From: Chlorokybus atmophyticus
Lineage: Eukaryota > Plantae > Mesostigma and Chlorokybus algae
Length of the DNA: 64,000 bases
Reading direction: 5' to 3'
NCBI GenBank assembly: GCA_009103225.1
Contig: RHPI01002438.1
Coordinates: 366,750-430,749 of the forward strand
The position numbers and the translations under genes were made by a program. The notes below the pieces were generated by a model that was not told the DNA's origin, searched no databases, and was given only the letters and a program-made list of their open reading frames with translations. The stretch's first letter is position 1, and each line of letters opens with the position of its first letter. Below are positions 62,598-64,000 of this stretch, in pieces.

Positions 62598-64000
62598 ATG
62601 GCGGTGGCGGTGGCGGTGGCCAGGTGCGGGAGGGCGGCGGCGGCTGGGCTGCTACATTTGACTCCAGCGGTAAGCAGGTCACGCGCTGTCGTCAGCCCGA
62701 TCAGAGCCTGCGGGCTGCGGCCGGCCGTGTCGGCGGCGTGTTGCTGCGTGGTCGAGGCCTCTGCCCAGGCAGCAGGCGGCGGCAGGCGGCAAGGGTTGGG
62801 TTTGAGAGGGCGGCAGTCGCAAGCTCAGCAGCCACGCAGGCGGCAGCAGAGGTGGCATTGTAGTGGAGCTACCCACGCTTCGGCTGCTGCGCCTGTTACG
62901 GACACGCATGCTGCGACGCCTGAGGCGGCCGCCAGCACTTCCGGCCGCCGCAATGTCGTTGAGGTGTGCATGCTTTCTTGCAGCCACACCCAAAGTGATT
63001 GTCATGTAAACTGTTCCGGCTATAGGATAGCTGTGCTATGAGCATTGCTGCTCGCACATGCAATGCCTGCGCTCCAGTGCTTGCATTGCGGCACACAGCT
63101 GCAGGCAGCTTTGCATGCACTTGCATGCAGCTTAGCGACTATCTCAAGTTGTGCTCACACATACGACATGCCGGCGACTGCAACGCAAACTGCATACACA
63201 CGTTCAGGTTGCACAATTGAACAGTACGAACGCAAATTTTATCTTGTTTTTATAGGTTCACTGCGCCTGTCGTCGTACATTGCACTGCATGACACTCGAT
63301 GCTTGGATATTGTCGTGAGTAAGTATTTGTCTACTTCAACGTTTGCACACTTGACTGTTGTCGACAGGTCTTGCGAGAGAGGGGCTTGATCGAGAGCGTC
63401 ACGAGCGAAGATCTGCAGAAGGCCGCTGCCGAGAAGACCCTCAAGGTGTACTGCGGGTTTGACCCGACCGCGGACTCGCTGCACCTGGGGAACCTCCTCG
63501 GAATCATCGTGCTGTCATGGTTCCAAAGGTAAGAAGACAACACCAATGTGATGAACAATCACGTTACCAAAGACAGCAAGGACAATTATAACAACAACAA
63601 CAATGACATGCATAACAGCCATGACACAAAAGGCAGCAACAAAAACAACATCAACAACACAATTATCCACGCATAGACGCATCACACGAGTCGCACTTCA
63701 CACTGTGCGATAAGAGACATGTTCTTTCTCTCTGCGAAGGTGCGGGCACGTGCCGGTGGCGTTGGTGGGTGGCGCGACGGCTCGCGTTGGCGACCCTTCC
63801 GGCAAGTCCGTCGAGCGCCCCATGATGGACGACGACACCATTGCGCGCAACCTGGCCGGCATCCGCGGCGTGCTCTCATCGCTGCTACTCACGCGAGCTG
63901 GCGAGCAGAATGAAGCCGTCGTGATGAATAATTACGATTGGTTTTCGAGTATTAGTTTCTTGGATTTCCTGCGCAATGTTGGGAAATATGTTCGCGTGGG
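62598..64000 (+). CDS. tyrS: Organellar tyrosyl-tRNA synthetase with transit peptide (partial, runs off window)
   Basis: Exons 62598-62963, 63368-63528, 63740-end: RNVVEVLRERGLIESVTSEDL...YCGFDPTADSLHLGNLLG...GGATARVGDPSGKS...NNYDWF. Confidence 0.95.

Overview
Eukaryotic nuclear DNA with GT-AG introns and plant-type genes, most consistent with a green or streptophyte alga (inference; no search run). About 1-50 kb is a nested transposon graveyard. It holds a young Ty1/Copia element, Ty3/Gypsy elements with PHD-tipped integrases (one carrying a cytosine methyltransferase inside pol), two EnSpm/CACTA-type elements sharing a 29-bp terminus, and a Crypton-type tyrosine recombinase. Decayed cargo genes there encode a phage-type C5 DNA methyltransferase, a Tudor domain, an OTU-Gag fusion, a KDM3-type JmjC demethylase, a GIY-YIG nuclease, and a PHD plus ULP1 SUMO protease. 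One host gene (conserved plant nuclear protein, 23-24 kb) sits inside this region. 51-64 kb is a host gene island: ribokinase, a small membrane protein, a GT31 galactosyltransferase fused to a degenerate Gal-3-O-sulfotransferase-like domain, an ankyrin-repeat protein and an organellar tyrosyl-tRNA synthetase. The most notable signals are the chromatin-modifying cargo of several mobile elements, a permuted (split) terminal-repeat layout in the Gypsy clade, and the GT31-sulfotransferase-fold fusion. Domain calls come from motif recognition in manual translations, not database searches, and exon boundaries are approximate.
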